Part shown: positions 63,407-64,000 of the stretch, one piece after another
Position numbering within the stretch: position 1 is the first letter of the stretch
Layout: each line of letters starts with the position of its first letter
Origin: Parcubacteria group bacterium
GTDB lineage: Bacteria > Patescibacteriota > Minisyncoccia > UBA6257 > JACRHW01
DNA length: 64,000 bases
Direction: 5' to 3'
Assembly: GCA_016217555.1 (NCBI GenBank)
Contig: JACRHW010000023.1
Coordinates: 64,466-128,465 of the forward strand
Notes under the pieces: generated by a model
Told to the model about the DNA's origin: nothing
Database searches by the model: none
The model's input: the letters and a program-made list of their open reading frames with translations, nothing else
Program-made: the position numbers and the translations under genes

Positions 63407-64000
63407 TTATTTTGATTTTAACGGAGCCCTTAAGGCAATGAAAAAACCTATCGGTTTTCTTTTTCTAAGTATATCAGAACTCCCGTCACTGTACACGGCC
63501 TGGCCACCTTCTACAACAACCCCGACATGGTATGGGATGAACCCCTTATGACCATTAACTGCCTTCTGTAATATTTCGTTTGTTTCAAAGACCTCGGGAT
63601 CCCCTTTTGCTTTGCTATAACGATATTCTTCTTTTATTGTTTCTCCCTCTGGTACTGGTATTTCATACACAATATCCCCGGGCATCATACTCTCTTCACT
63701 TTCAACGATTATCCACCCCATCTCAAGCAATCTCCCAATCGCTTGTGTGGTGATGTTGGGAATTCTTTTAACACGATATACTCCAGCCTTGTCCATAACT
63801 TCATTCACAAAAGGCTGACAAGATCCAGTTTCGTTTTTGGGATCGACACCATAAAAACTCTTGAATTCATCCTTCCTCCTTCCCACCATCTCTTGTGCAA
63901 TTTCTACAGCTTTTTTTACATTTTCAGATTCAACACGATAGTCTTGAACCCTAACCCGATCTATTGCACCGAAAATTTTTTGTACCCCTCGTCTTAATTT
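63407..64000 (-). CDS. NlpC/P60-like protein, 5' end outside the window
   Basis: Frame open to the window edge; GSCQPFV...PGDIVY...YHVGV Cys/His pattern. Confidence 0.55.
   Translation of the reverse strand, partial: KLRRGVQKIFGAIDRVRVQDYRVESENVKKAVEIAQEMVGRRKDEFKSFYGVDPKNETGSCQPFVNEVMDKAGVYRVKRIPNITTQAIGRLLEMGWIIVESEESMMPGDIVYEIPVPEGETIKEEYRYSKAKGDPEVFETNEILQKAVNGHKGFIPYHVGVVVEGGQAVYSDGSSDILRKRKPIGFFIALRAPLKSK

Overview
This is a chromosomal segment of a small-genome bacterium, most likely Patescibacteria/CPR (Parcubacteria-like). The assignment is inferred from gene content and style: short SMC, TGS-less ThrS, cluster-less MutY, DUF5671, a PaaX/Cas2-like gene and SD-less core genes. Core genes are mostly on the minus strand and include tgt, ychF, uvrC/A/B, mutY, atpBEFHAGDC, dnaX, metK (with a SAM-I riboswitch), typA, a DEAD-box helicase, khpA, rpsP, smc, rnc, nusB, rpmF, rnhB, dnaE, thrS, miaA and tRNA-Ala(CGC). 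There is no CRISPR array, integrase or transposase. Three unusual layers stand out. (1) The window holds many families of palindromic elements: 7-nt-periodic hairpins that fill stop-to-start gaps, enclose a four-helix-bundle gene and enter atpG/uvrC in frame; an RPE-like family; a CCCGTTAGA...TCTAACGGG MITE family that hits tRNA-Ala 3' ends; and REP-like units nested in each other's loops. (2) About 20 orphan ORFs carry strong Shine-Dalgarno sequences, often with their own promoter and terminator, while the core genes inspected lack SD. (3) A candidate ~190-nt structured ncRNA has its own promoter and terminator. Family assignments come from motif recognition, not database searches.
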